A stretch of DNA of 17,919 nucleotides from an uncultured Nitrososphaeraceae archaeon (GCA_963765895.1 CAVXZB010000015.1:1-17919); one strand, 5' to 3'; counted from the first letter of the stretch, positions 1 to 9,490 are shown. A program made the numbers and translations. The notes: generated from the letters alone by a model not told the origin.

Positions 1-273
1 TAATTTCGAATTCTAATATAACTCTCACATTAGTCAACCCTTTTTTGTATATACATACATCCAAATTCTCCTGTAGGGGTTGGAAATAACCCGGGTATCC
101 CGGGTGCAATTATAACACAATCTAATGCACTCATGCTTTATATAGCAGGGCGCCCGATGGCTTGTTTTTAATAATGTTAAAAGAGCTACTGATATTACCG
201 TCTTGTTCAAAAGTAAGTTTCTTTTTACTAGTTACGGTGCGTCATACCGACTAAGTTAGGCGTTACTACTGTA

Positions 274-280
274 TTTAAAA
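274..280 (+). promoter_or_regulatory. Putative archaeal TATA box for the LLM gene
   Basis: TTTAAAA ends 26 nt upstream of ATG 307, typical of leaderless archaeal spacing. The background is AT-rich, so specificity is low. Confidence 0.4.
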
Positions 281-306
281 TAATGTATGTACCTAATACA
301 CATTAT

Positions 307-1346
307 ATGCAAGTAGAATGGGTAAGCTGTGCACCATTTGATAGCGCTGGAATGTCAGTCAGCCCGTCTGAGCGTTTGCAAAGATTAGTCGAACAAATTG
401 AATGTGCAGATAAAATTGGGTTAGATGTGTTTGGAATCGGCGAACATCACCGTAGGGAATTCCTTGATTCGGCTCCTGCTGTCATCCTAGCTCTCCAGCT
501 GCACGAACTAAACGCATACGACTTACAAGTGCAGTAACAGGTACCTGAGTGCAACCGAGCCAGTAAGGGTGTTTCAAGAATTCTCAACCCTAGACCTTCT
601 TTCGCAAGGTCGGGCTGAGATGGTTGTAGGCCGTGGCTGATCCATCGAAGCGTTTCCTTTATTCGGATTTAGGTTGGAAGACTATGACTCGCTTTTCGAA
701 GAGAAGCCCGATCTACTACTAAAGATTCGTGACAATGAGCATGTATTTTGGTCTGGCAAATATCGGCCTTCTCTGAATGGTCAGGGAATCTATCCTAGAC
801 CAGTACAAAATCCTTTACCAATATGGATAGGCGTTGGCGGAACTCCAGAATCATTTGTCCGAGCTGGCTTGCTTGGACTCCCATTGATCGTTGCTATCAT
901 AGGTGGCAAAACACACAGATTCAGACCACTCATTGATCTTTACAGGCAGGCTGGAAGGCGAGCTGGCTATTCATCTGATCAATTAAGAGTAGGCGTACAT
1001 TCGCTAGGCTATATCGCAGAGTACGCAAGAGGCTGTCGATGACTTCTTTCCAGGCTACGTATATACCATGACGGAGATTGGGAAGGAGCGGGGATGGCCA
1101 AAGATGACACGTGCCAGTTTTGATACACAGACAGGCCCTCAAGGCGCATTGCTTGTAGGCGGGCCGAATGAAGTAGCCGAGAAGATAATTAGACACAGCA
1201 AAGCGTTAGGCGGCATATCCCGCATCACTTTTATGATGAATCCAGCCTCATTACCTCATGAGAAACTAATGCAAGCTACCAAACTAATAGGTACGCTTAT
1301 CGCACCAGCACTTCGTGAAGTGGGAGAACAAGTGGAGGTATTGTAA
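307..1346 (+). pseudogene. LLM-class (luciferase-like) flavin-dependent oxidoreductase, disrupted
   Basis: Stitched frames read MQV...ADKIGLDVFGIGEHHRREFLDSAPAVILA / [14 protein letters not shown] / [40 protein letters not shown]...YPRPVQNPLPIWIGVGGTPESFVRAG...GVHSLGYIAE / EAVDDFFPGY...GALLVGGPNEVAEKI. Frameshifts lie near 493, 540-546 and 1022, with an in-frame TGA at 638-640. Confidence 0.92.
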
Positions 1347-1559
1347 TGCAATATTATCTCATGCTAATTCCCTTTATCTTCAGATTGCGTTTTTTTATTG
1401 TGTGAACCAGGAAGAAGAAGCACGTTATGATTATTAAAAGAAACTGGCATGACACTCATCCTACTATAGCCCATCAATGCGACATGCATATTTTGGCTCA
1501 AATGACTATGTTTTATAATGCTGCTCTGGGTACAACTCATGGCAATATATTGATCATAC

Positions 1560-1567
1560 TTTTATAG
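1560..1567 (+). promoter_or_regulatory. Putative TATA box for the alpha/beta hydrolase
   Basis: TTTTATAG ends 23 nt upstream of ATG 1591. Confidence 0.45.
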
Positions 1568-1590
1568 AAGCCAGAAAGCTACACTATGTA

Positions 1591-2643
1591 ATGGATCGTA
1601 AGGATAAATCCCCATCCGATGCTCCATATCATTTGACGACAATAACGTTTCTCCTGATTAGTATAATTGTTACTGGCATATTTGTTTGCACACTGATATT
1701 AAACCAAAATCATATTGCAATCGCACAACCAGGGCTGACTGGTACGTCTTTTCAGATGGATAACATGACATTTTCTCATCATACGGCTTCTGTTAATGGT
1801 ATTCAAATGCACTATGTTATTGGAGGACACGGCGATCCTGTAGTTTTATTGCACGGATGGCCAGAAACATGGTATGCATGGCATAAAGTAATGCCAGCCT
1901 TAGCTAAGAACTATACTGTTGTTGCACCTGATCTTCGAGGCCTTGGAGACTCTTCAAAACCACTAAGTGGTTATGATGGTAAGACCTTAGCTGAAGATAT
2001 ACATCAACTAGTTACTAAGTTAGGATTTAAAACAATTTTCCTAGTGGGTCATGATATCGGATCATTTGTAGTCTATCCTTACACGGCTGCACATCCTACG
2101 GAAGTAAAGAGGTTAGTAGTAATGGAGATCCCGCCTCCTGGTTTCTTCCCTTCGCCCTCCGTGAACGGAGGACCTCTATTATGGTGGGTCATATTCCATC
2201 AAACACCAGACGTACCAGAAGCTCTTGTAGAAGGAAAAGAGAAGGAGTATCTATCGTGGCACTATCAAAATCTTGCGTATAATCCATCTGCGATAACGCA
2301 GGCAGCTATCAATGAATATGTTAGCCATTATTCTGCTCCAGGCGCAATGCGTGCGGGATTTGAGCACTATCGGGCTATACCTCAGGATGCAATTCAAAAT
2401 CAGAATTATTCTAAAACTAAGCTTACAATGCCAGTACTAGCATTAGGAGGAGGGTATATTCCAACATTGGGAGGTAACATCACTATGTCTGCTGCCGAAT
2501 ACGGGATGAAGATATTAGCTCAAAATGTAACAGGGATCATAGTTCCAAATTCAGTACATTATATTGCAGAAGAGCAGCCAGATTTTGTAGTAAAATTACT
2601 CAACAATTTCTTTAGTGGTAATCCTGCAGAAACTAGTAAATGA
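1591..2643 (+). CDS. Alpha/beta hydrolase (epoxide hydrolase/dehalogenase-like) with N-terminal signal/anchor
   Basis: HGWP oxyanion motif, PDLRGLGDS, GHDIG Asp nucleophile elbow and C-terminal HYIAEEQP catalytic His. Hydrophobic segment ITFLLISIIVTGIFVCTLIL followed by IAIA|Q. Confidence 0.92.
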   Translation: MDRKDKSPSDAPYHLTTITFLLISIIVTGIFVCTLILNQNHIAIAQPGLTGTSFQMDNMTFSHHTASVNGIQMHYVIGGHGDPVVLLHGWPETWYAWHKVMPALAKNYTVVAPDLRGLGDSSKPLSGYDGKTLAEDIHQLVTKLGFKTIFLVGHDIGSFVVYPYTAAHPTEVKRLVVMEIPPPGFFPSPSVNGGPLLWWVIFHQTPDVPEALVEGKEKEYLSWHYQNLAYNPSAITQAAINEYVSHYSAPGAMRAGFEHYRAIPQDAIQNQNYSKTKLTMPVLALGGGYIPTLGGNITMSAAEYGMKILAQNVTGIIVPNSVHYIAEEQPDFVVKLLNNFFSGNPAETSK

Positions 2644-2729
2644 GGAATTCCCATAATTCTGCAATATAAACGCGTGAGGCAATACATAGATATGAACAAG
2701 GTAACACTCGGAGTTCAGTTTTAGAGCAA

Positions 2730-2751
2730 CCATCAATGCTCCCCTTGATGG
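2730..2751. terminator. Small inverted repeat between convergent genes
   Basis: CCATCAA-N8-TTGATGG lies between the stop codons at 2643 (+) and 2770 (-). Confidence 0.25.
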
Positions 2752-2769
2752 ATCGATAATTTTTACCTG

Positions 2770-3426
2770 TTATCTAACGCGTGACTGCGCAGTGAAAAAT
2801 ACCTCCTGATGCGCAGTTACATACTCTCGAACACTCATACTTGGTTTTCCGGTTAACTTCTGCACGTCCGAAGTCAACCGATCGTAGCGATTTTCTGCGA
2901 TGAGCTTAGCCATAGTGGAAACGTGGTGAAAAACGTATTGAGGTAAATTGAGTGGCAATAATTCTTCCTTCAGCCACTTGTCGTATGGCGTGTCCACATA
3001 TTTCACTGGCCGATTTAGTGCGATTGTGTATTCTTTTGCGATCTCATTCATGTCTTCTGATCGAGGACCAGTCAATTCATAGACCTTCCCTCGGTGATCT
3101 GCAGGATCTTCTAAAATTGTGGAAACGACTCTTGCTACATCGCTAGATGAAATTGGTGAAGTTCGCGCTGAGCCAAATGGCAATCTAATTGTTCCATCTT
3201 TGGTGATTGATGAGGTTGCCAGCCTAGAGAAGAAAGGTTCCAGGAAGATCGTCGACCTCACATGTGCTACAGGCACTCCAGACCAGTTAAGGACTTGTTC
3301 GCCGAGGCGGTGTACAAGCGCTCTGACTTGAAGATCGCGCTCTCGAAGAAGTTTGACGACATCTCGCCCTACGGAACCAACATTTCCGGCGGCTCCGGTA
3401 ACAAGGATGGGTGTATTGTTTGACAA
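2770..3426 (-). pseudogene. NmrA-like NAD(P)H-binding protein with an in-frame internal deletion
   Basis: The Rossmann start ILVTGAAGNVGSVGR...VRALVHR runs directly into LGEQVLNWSG...RTSPIS...GKVYELTGPRS. The central GDL-containing segment expected in the family is absent. Likely start is TTG 3426. Confidence 0.8.
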
Positions 3427-3449
3427 GGCTATTTCTGTAATGTAATTGG

Positions 3450-3457
3450 ATATAAAT
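3450..3457 (-). promoter_or_regulatory. Putative TATA box for the NmrA-like gene
   Basis: ATTTATAT on the minus strand, about 24 nt upstream of TTG 3426. Confidence 0.45.
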
Positions 3458-3460
3458 TTG

Positions 3461-3679
3461 AACGCCACATATAGAGATGTTTGTTCTCACAAGACCGGTC
3501 ATGCAGAAGCAGTACAGGTAGAGGATGATCCGAATGAAGTATACTATGAGGACCTTGTTGATGTGTTTTGGTCAATACATAATCCTACAACTAAAAATAG
3601 ACAGGGTTATAATATAGGCTCTCAATATCGTTCCTTAATTGTATATCATATTTTTGGTGTTATCTATGGATCAATGTGA
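3461..3679 (+). pseudogene. msrA: Peptide methionine sulfoxide reductase MsrA, internal fragment
   Basis: [20 protein letters not shown]...[25 protein letters not shown] matches MsrA core motifs. The N-terminal GCFW catalytic motif and the C-terminus are missing. Confidence 0.88.
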
Positions 3680-3809
3680 CAATGCGTCATCATGAGCTGC
3701 TTAGTACCTATTTTTGTCTCTCAGTAAATCTTCTTGTAGCATAGACTCCACAATTGCTGTTTTTATCCTACCTACTCTAGTACTTTTAGAACTATCTACC
3801 CAATTACTA

Positions 3810-3890
3810 GAAGAGGCGATTGTGGTTGGCTGGGGAATGCAGCCGATCGGGCTACCGTGTTTCTGGCTGAGAATACTAAGCATGTGTACA
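3810..3890 (+). pseudogene. Short remnant of a thioredoxin-reductase-like FAD/NADPH oxidoreductase
   Basis: EEAIVVG / GNAADRATVFLAENTKHVY, with a frameshift near 3831, resembles the NADPH-binding segment VxVVGGGNSAGQAAxFL of TrxB-like proteins. Confidence 0.55.
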
Positions 3891-4009
3891 ATGACTCAAT
3901 ACGTTCGTAGCGTCATCATGATATCTGACATACGATATTAAAGAGAGTTCGGTACATTACGGTAATAATATTAGTTCACCTAGCAATAGGAGCCTGGTTA
4001 AGGCCCATA

Positions 4010-4420
4010 TCACTCACTCCATGGTCCGACGCCATGAATACGTTCAGCAGTTATGTGAGTAATATAGCCCTGTGGTGCCCCATCAGGAACATATGTTGTG
4101 CCTGGGGAGATATAGATCTGGGCAAGTTGGTTTACCAATTCGGGTGCACTACCCTCAGTAATTCTGGCACGACCATTGATCACAAGGTAATTATCCAGCC
4201 CATTAGTCTTCCCACCAGTCGCCATAGAGAGTGCGACCCGGGAGTCGCGCTGAATATTCTTCAATTTTTTGTAGAGATTCAGATGAGCACAGACAATTTC
4301 ATCGCCCTTAAGGCCAATCCAGACGATAGAAACCTGAGGACTTCCATCTTCGTTCAGGGTCACAAGGTGAGCGAGATGGCCCGCTGTCAATGCCTGCCGT
4401 ACTTTATCATTCAAAATCAT
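4010..4420 (-). CDS. PPOX-class (pyridoxamine 5'-phosphate oxidase-like) putative F420-dependent oxidoreductase
   Basis: AHLVTLNEDGSPQVSIVW, KKLKNIQRDSRVALS and YLVINGRARITEG are split-barrel family motifs. The 136 aa ORF is intact. Confidence 0.9.
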   Translation of the reverse strand: MILNDKVRQALTAGHLAHLVTLNEDGSPQVSIVWIGLKGDEIVCAHLNLYKKLKNIQRDSRVALSMATGGKTNGLDNYLVINGRARITEGSAPELVNQLAQIYISPGTTYVPDGAPQGYITHITAERIHGVGPWSE

Positions 4421-4931
4421 AACGATCTGATCCTTTCTTGCGTAGTTGATAGTTGATATATCTTTTATCTACGTTCCACTGGAAATGTCCCATAAAACGA
4501 TCGATAGTATGGACAGCATGCGAACTCTCTACCACCTCAATCACAAGCACAAAGTCAGAATTGGGTGCTAACTATTAGAGCAGTAAAGGTACCCTTAGAC
4601 TGAGAATAGTTATTAACTACAGACATCACATTCGGAACTGGATTCTACAAACCTTATACAGAATGTGGCCGGGCATGCGCCCATGACTATCATGCATAAA
4701 GTGTTATCATTAACCTATATGTACATCAAACCGAGTCAGTCTCTACATATAGTGATCTCATTTTAGAGAATGTTTATAATTTGGAATGCCGCACATCTGT
4801 ATTATAAGACACATTTTCATATCTGATCACAAAAGCTGGACTGATAGCTGCAATAGGATATTAGTAGTGGTCGGAGTCACATTGCCAACAATCATTACCT
4901 CGGTCTTAAATGTGAAGGCAGATCCTCCACA

Positions 4932-6335
4932 TCATTTACTTAGCGTATCTTGATAGCCTTGTTGGATCAGTTTGCTTATCGTTTCGGATGTAAAGTCAGC
5001 GAGCTTTCCTGAAACAGTATCATCGTCGTCTTTACGATATATCTGAATTACTTTAACTATCTTAAATGTATTCTTAAGTATATCAATATTTTTCTTATAC
5101 TCTTCTGTATAGAACCGTCTGGGTGTATATTCATCTAATATTCTGTTTATTTTCTCCTTTAATGACTCATCACTATCCCCAAGACTAATCAACCTTTCAA
5201 TTAAATTTACATAATCTGAAAGAAGACCATCTGTTTTTGCATCATATCCATCGCTAAGATTTATGTCCAACTGTCGATCGTTAATTCTATCAATATCTAT
5301 ACTTACAGTATCAAAGCAAGTATCAATATCGCTATCCCTCGGATCGAATAGATTTACTATGTACAATTCTAAATCCGGAATTTTTTGCATGTTCACTTGC
5401 TCGTTATCATTAGGCGAACTACTCTCCTTACTTCCTTTTATTTTTTTAAAGGAATTTTCAAGAGTTTGAGATCCTATCTTTCTCTGCCAAAACTTTTGGT
5501 GTGCATCAAACAACTCCCTAATTGGAGTATTACTTAGAATCCCACCGTCCCAAAACTTACGCCCGTCTAAATCTTCGTAAACATAGAATTCCGGTAGACA
5601 TGAGCTTGCAATCAGATGTTTGACGTCAATACCTTCGTTATATTTGATAACTATGGGTTTTTCCAGTAGGTAATCTCCATATTCTGTTTCTCGTCTTCCT
5701 TGTTCCTTTTCATAGCTATCAAATGTTACAGTCGTTCCTTCCGCCGCATCAGTGCTAACTACAAGTAATCTTGGTTCACCTCTCTCAAAGCTAGTAGCAA
5801 TAGGTAATCTAGCAAATCTTTCTATACTTTTTCTTAAGGGCTCATTATTATAGGTAAGCCATTTATTTTGGGAGTCATAAAATCTGTTATCATCTTTTAT
5901 TGGATAGATAGGCGTGAAAACTCTTTCGACGCCTGATTTGAGGAATTCTTTTACTGAATAATATCTTCTAGCTGCTTCTTCAGATGCAATTGAAGGATTT
6001 CCTTTTTCCTTTTCTGCCCTCCATTGTTTTAGTGCTTCCGATATTTGCGGGGTAGGCGTTGATAAATACTTCCAAAATTCTTCCAACCTTTTTGCTGAGC
6101 CATTCCAGGTTTTGTTCTCAAGGAAATAGCTAACAAGAATTGCCGCGTTTATGGCCCCTATAGAAGTACCTGCAATGATATCAAATAAGGGTGCATTATC
6201 ATTATCGCCGTTTCTATCTTTATCATTTATTATTTTTTCATATAGAGCTTTGAAAGCACCAGCCTGATATGCACCAAGCGCGCCACCACCTTGAAGAAGC
6301 AGTACTCTTTGAATACGTGGAAATGGATTTACCAT
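4932..6335 (-). CDS. Patatin-like phospholipase family protein
   Basis: LLLQGGGALGAYQAG glycine-rich loop, GTSIG nucleophile motif, WDGGILSNTP catalytic Asp and a C-terminal DFTSETISKLIQQGY (DUF3734-like) end. Confidence 0.93.
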   Translation of the reverse strand: MVNPFPRIQRVLLLQGGGALGAYQAGAFKALYEKIINDKDRNGDNDNAPLFDIIAGTSIGAINAAILVSYFLENKTWNGSAKRLEEFWKYLSTPTPQISEALKQWRAEKEKGNPSIASEEAARRYYSVKEFLKSGVERVFTPIYPIKDDNRFYDSQNKWLTYNNEPLRKSIERFARLPIATSFERGEPRLLVVSTDAAEGTTVTFDSYEKEQGRRETEYGDYLLEKPIVIKYNEGIDVKHLIASSCLPEFYVYEDLDGRKFWDGGILSNTPIRELFDAHQKFWQRKIGSQTLENSFKKIKGSKESSSPNDNEQVNMQKIPDLELYIVNLFDPRDSDIDTCFDTVSIDIDRINDRQLDINLSDGYDAKTDGLLSDYVNLIERLISLGDSDESLKEKINRILDEYTPRRFYTEEYKKNIDILKNTFKIVKVIQIYRKDDDDTVSGKLADFTSETISKLIQQGYQDTLSK

Positions 6336-6755
6336 GATTGAACCTATCTACTATAGACATACATGGTATTTTTCAATTTGTAGTAAATGACGATAGCTCC
6401 TTACGGCTAACGAGTTTTCTAGGCATCTTTAGCGCGCACGCATTTCTACTGCATTGGTTCGTTTCTCATCTAATAGAAATCAAACTATCCCGGGTATCTC
6501 CTACAATAGTAGACCAATTAATTTTAATTCAGTTCAGTCAGTTCAGCTTTTCTCGTAGTGGGCTGCCTGTACAGATTCCTCTTAGTGCAGTTCCTAACAT
6601 TGCCTTCAGTATGTTTAGCCTTACCCTAATCATTATGATGTTTGCTGGAGCTATTTTGAATCAAGTGGTCGTCAAAGGGCTGGAGGAGAAGAGAATATAT
6701 TATAATAGTCATGGAAATATTTTAATTCATTTAATACAGAAAACAAATAGGGCAT

Positions 6756-7007
6756 ATGTCCAATGATGACACAGATGAAGAAAGACTTTTCAGGGAAAGG
6801 TATGCACAGGAGCTGCAAAAGAAAATGAATCAGCCAGACGCTCGCAGCTACTCTCAAGATGATGAAATGGCCGAAGAAAGAAGAAAGGTAAGTCATCAAC
6901 AAGGGAAAACACCAGGACGTAGAGGAGAAGAAATAAAACAGGAAGAAATTGACAAGGAAATTGTCAGACGTAATAGATTACAGCAGAAGAACAAGAAGAA
7001 GAACTGA
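6756..7007 (+). CDS. Small, highly charged hypothetical protein
   Basis: 83 aa ATG ORF with purine-rich coding bias, rich in E/K/R/Q and without hydrophobic segments. Confidence 0.7.
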   Translation: MSNDDTDEERLFRERYAQELQKKMNQPDARSYSQDDEMAEERRKVSHQQGKTPGRRGEEIKQEEIDKEIVRRNRLQQKNKKKN

Positions 7008-7122
7008 ACTTGACAATAGAAAAGCTGGGTTTGGGTATTTTGGAGTATTATTCAAGTAGTAATTTGAAATAGATTACCAATTCTCTATGGTCCTGAAACA
7101 CATATTAGAGCAGTTCTGCGTA

Positions 7123-7298
7123 ATGGCAAAGAAAGGCGATGGGTGTTTCAACACTGGCTAGGACGATGGCAGAGATAAATCGTTTGATTCAACAAAAGAT
7201 GAGAGCTGCGGTATGATCTATAACCACGGATTTATGTCAGGTTATCTATCAGTAGAAGGCAATGCAGGGATCTGTGCGGTTCGGCTGAAGACGGTTAA
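7123..7298 (+). pseudogene. Remnant of a small Cys-containing hypothetical protein
   Basis: MAKKGDGCFNTG*DDGRDKSFDSTKDESCGMIYNHGFMSGYLSVEGNA / RDLCGSAEDG*, with TAG at 7159-7161 and a frameshift near 7267. It resembles, from recollection, a Nitrososphaera exported-protein family ending GF..GC.SVEGNT.D.C..A.D. Confidence 0.5.
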
Positions 7299-7368
7299 CT
7301 AGTTTTTTCATTTATTTATTATAAGCCACTAGTTTTGGCTGTTCGGCAAGTCTTGGATCCGTAATCTG

Positions 7369-7389
7369 TGACATACTTTGACATACTTT
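7369..7389. repeat. 10-bp tandem duplication
   Basis: TGACATACTT TGACATACTT T. Confidence 0.7.
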
Positions 7390-7444
7390 CTATCAGTTCT
7401 AGGTAGAGGACCCAAGTCTAGAGCCTACGGCTTACCAACAATGC

Positions 7445-7579
7445 ATTTGAGGTTGCCCGATGTGATGCCTCCAGTATAACCTTTAAGACCAGTCTATATT
7501 CTGTGGGCACTTTTCCTATACCGAATGATGACCCAGACGAAAAGGACCTAGCCATAGGCTATGGTGACGTTTCCCATAC
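7445..7579 (-). pseudogene. Possible N-terminal scrap of an SDR-type Rossmann protein
   Basis: The minus strand reads SGSSFGIGK (like TGxxxGIG) and then, frameshifted, KGYTGGITSGNLK. It is highly degenerate. Confidence 0.3.
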
Positions 7580-7602
7580 TTGTTTTGGTAACCGAGTATC
7601 AA

Positions 7603-7879
7603 TTAGACCTTTGCTGCGTCGCCGTCAACGTACAGCTCTATGCCGGTAACTAAGCCAGAATCATCGGATGCCAGAAAGAGCGCAGCAGTCGCAATCTCGC
7701 GCGTGGCTTGCCTATTCGACCCATCGGGATTATAGGGGCGAAGCCGTACTTCATTTCTTGAGGAGCATATTGAATATCGCCCTATCTGCGAACGTTGACG
7801 TTAACGTGTCGTCAAAGCTCTTCTCAGTAATGGGGCCAAGCGGCTTGCTGAGCTCGCCAATGCCGGCACTCACGAGCAA
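7603..7879 (-). pseudogene. SDR family oxidoreductase remnant with internal deletion
   Basis: LLVSAGIGELSKPLGPITEKSFDDT / NVNVR joins near 7787 to APQEMKYGFAPIIPMGRIGKP / EIATAALFLASDDSGLVTGIELYVDGDAAKV*. The N-terminus and catalytic YxxxK segment are absent. Confidence 0.82.
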
Positions 7880-8069
7880 TTTAGTTATGATATAGTTAAT
7901 TTATGCTTGTTTAAATACAAACTATTTTAGTGATTATTTTCACGTACAATATTTTATACTTATTGTAAGATTCTGGATAACTGTGAGGTGTAGTGTGGAA
8001 AAGGTTATGAGGTACGTCATGTCATTCTAGAATAGGATAGTATTATACTATCAATTAGTGGTCATGATA

Positions 8070-8458
8070 ATGAGTACAAATAATAATAATAATATATCGC
8101 AGTTTTTGAATCAAAAATATATTAATCTTGAGACGTACAGGAGAAATGGACAGGCAGTACTGACCACTGTCTGGTTTGTCATGGATGCTGGAACAATATA
8201 TATTAGAACCGATATGAATTCCGGTAAGGTAAAACGCATTAAGAACAATCCAAATATTCGTATAACTCCATCTGGCGTTCGGGGCAGCTCAAGGGCAAAT
8301 GGATTGAAGGTAAGATAAAAATGGCAGGCTCTTTAGAATTAGAACATGCTAATCAACTTCTTGAGCAAAAATATGGAATACAAGGGAAAATAATTAGAGT
8401 GTTTAACAAGATAAGAAACACTAGACCGACAGTGTTTTTAATCCAAATACAATCATAG
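8070..8458 (+). pseudogene. PPOX-class putative F420-dependent oxidoreductase, single frameshift
   Basis: KYINLETYRRNGQAVLTTVWFV...SGKVKRIKNNPNIRITP...RG continues after a -1 shift at GGGG 8281-8284 as QLKGKWIEGKIKM...ANQLLEQKYGIQG...VFLIQIQS*. This could be a sequencing error. Confidence 0.85.
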
Positions 8459-8831
8459 ATATGACTATAAGGACTGACTGAATATGAATAATATCATGAC
8501 ATAAGAATCTGATTTAACGCATAATTAATAATTAAAGATGAGCAATTAATCGGCAGATCCACCGCAGGCACAAATAACCTAATTCGTCTATTCGTGAATT
8601 GCAGAATTGGCAATACCCAAATAGATCATAGTTTATTTCCCACGATTCCTTACCAAATATTCGTAGATGACTATTAATTTCCTTGAATTAATTGTGATGA
8701 TTCACTTCTATTCATTATTATGTGAAAAAAATAGATCGCTACATAATATTTAAGTCAGATTTTTTATCTTTTTGTCTGCATAGATTGTATACGCTACGAA
8801 TGCTTTAGAAACAGATTTCATACAAGATCAC

Positions 8832-9050
8832 TTAAATCTGTGCCATACCTCAGTCGACAAACAGTTCGGTACCCGTGATAAAATTGCTGTCATCAGATGC
8901 TAGAAATGAAACAACTTTTGCGACTTCATCAGGAGTTCCCATCAGTCCCAGAGGTACGTGGGATATAATGCTGGTCTTGACCTGCTCGATCTGTTTTCAC
9001 TCTGAGCCAAACCACTAACAAATCCCCTAAGTAATGTTACCTGCGCTAAC
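8832..9050 (-). pseudogene. SDR family oxidoreductase, C-terminal remnant
   Basis: [52 protein letters not shown], preceded by a frameshifted VSAGNIT. Confidence 0.85.
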
Positions 9051-9490
9051 ACTAAATAATGGCCTAACTTCTGTGATTAATTTCTTATTTACGTTGTAAA
9101 ATAGTGACATGAAACTATTTCATCCTGCAAATTGATCATAAAAAGTAGATTACTAATATAATACTTAAATATGCATAAAAACAGGAATTTTATTTTTTTG
9201 CCTTCACAATTCTAACCTAATAGTCGCAATCATGTACGTATAGGGATGTTCTATATATCTGATTTTGTTGTTAGTTTATTACAAGTATCTAGTTTCTGAT
9301 TTTCCCTTTTTCAATACATTTTCATTTTTAATGCTCATATGTCTTGATATGAATGTTGGTAATGTCCTATATTCTAACATATGGTAGAAATTTTAATCTC
9401 GTAGCTAAAGAGAAATCGATAATGATTCAGTACTGTACTTGTATTCTATACATGTTCCTAAAATAGGTCGCTGGCTATGATGTGTTTAGA

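Noticed and set aside
638-640. In-frame TGA as selenocysteine or readthrough
   Set aside because: The position corresponds to a Ser in the family (one change from TCA) and the gene has several frameshifts as well.
930-1196. 88-aa minus-strand ORF
   Set aside because: Antisense shadow of the LLM pseudogene with no motifs.
2718-2727. GTTTTAGAGC, like the start of a type II-A CRISPR repeat
   Set aside because: Single 10-mer with no repeat-spacer periodicity and no cas genes.
2952-3502. ORFs 2952-3146, 3119-3331 and 3287-3502
   Set aside because: Overlap the NmrA-like gene in other frames or strands and carry no recognisable motifs.
3701-3941. ORFs 3701-3883 (-) and 3714-3941 (+) as real genes
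   Set aside because: Better explained as chance frames over the TrxB-like scrap. PCFW in the + ORF is not a true MsrA GCFW context.
4034-4456. 140-aa plus-strand ORF
   Set aside because: Antisense to the well-supported PPOX gene.
4715-4752. 9-bp inverted repeat CTATATGTA-N20-TACATATAG
   Set aside because: AT-rich and single copy, with no target-site duplication or other MITE evidence.
5263-5469. 68-aa plus-strand ORF
   Set aside because: Antisense shadow inside the patatin gene.
6338-6902. ORFs 6338-6766 (+) and 6672-6902 (-)
   Set aside because: The first starts 3 nt from the divergent patatin start, leaving no promoter room, and has no motif. The second is antisense to the 6756 gene.
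7668-7895. 75-aa plus-strand ORF
   Set aside because: Antisense to the SDR remnant.
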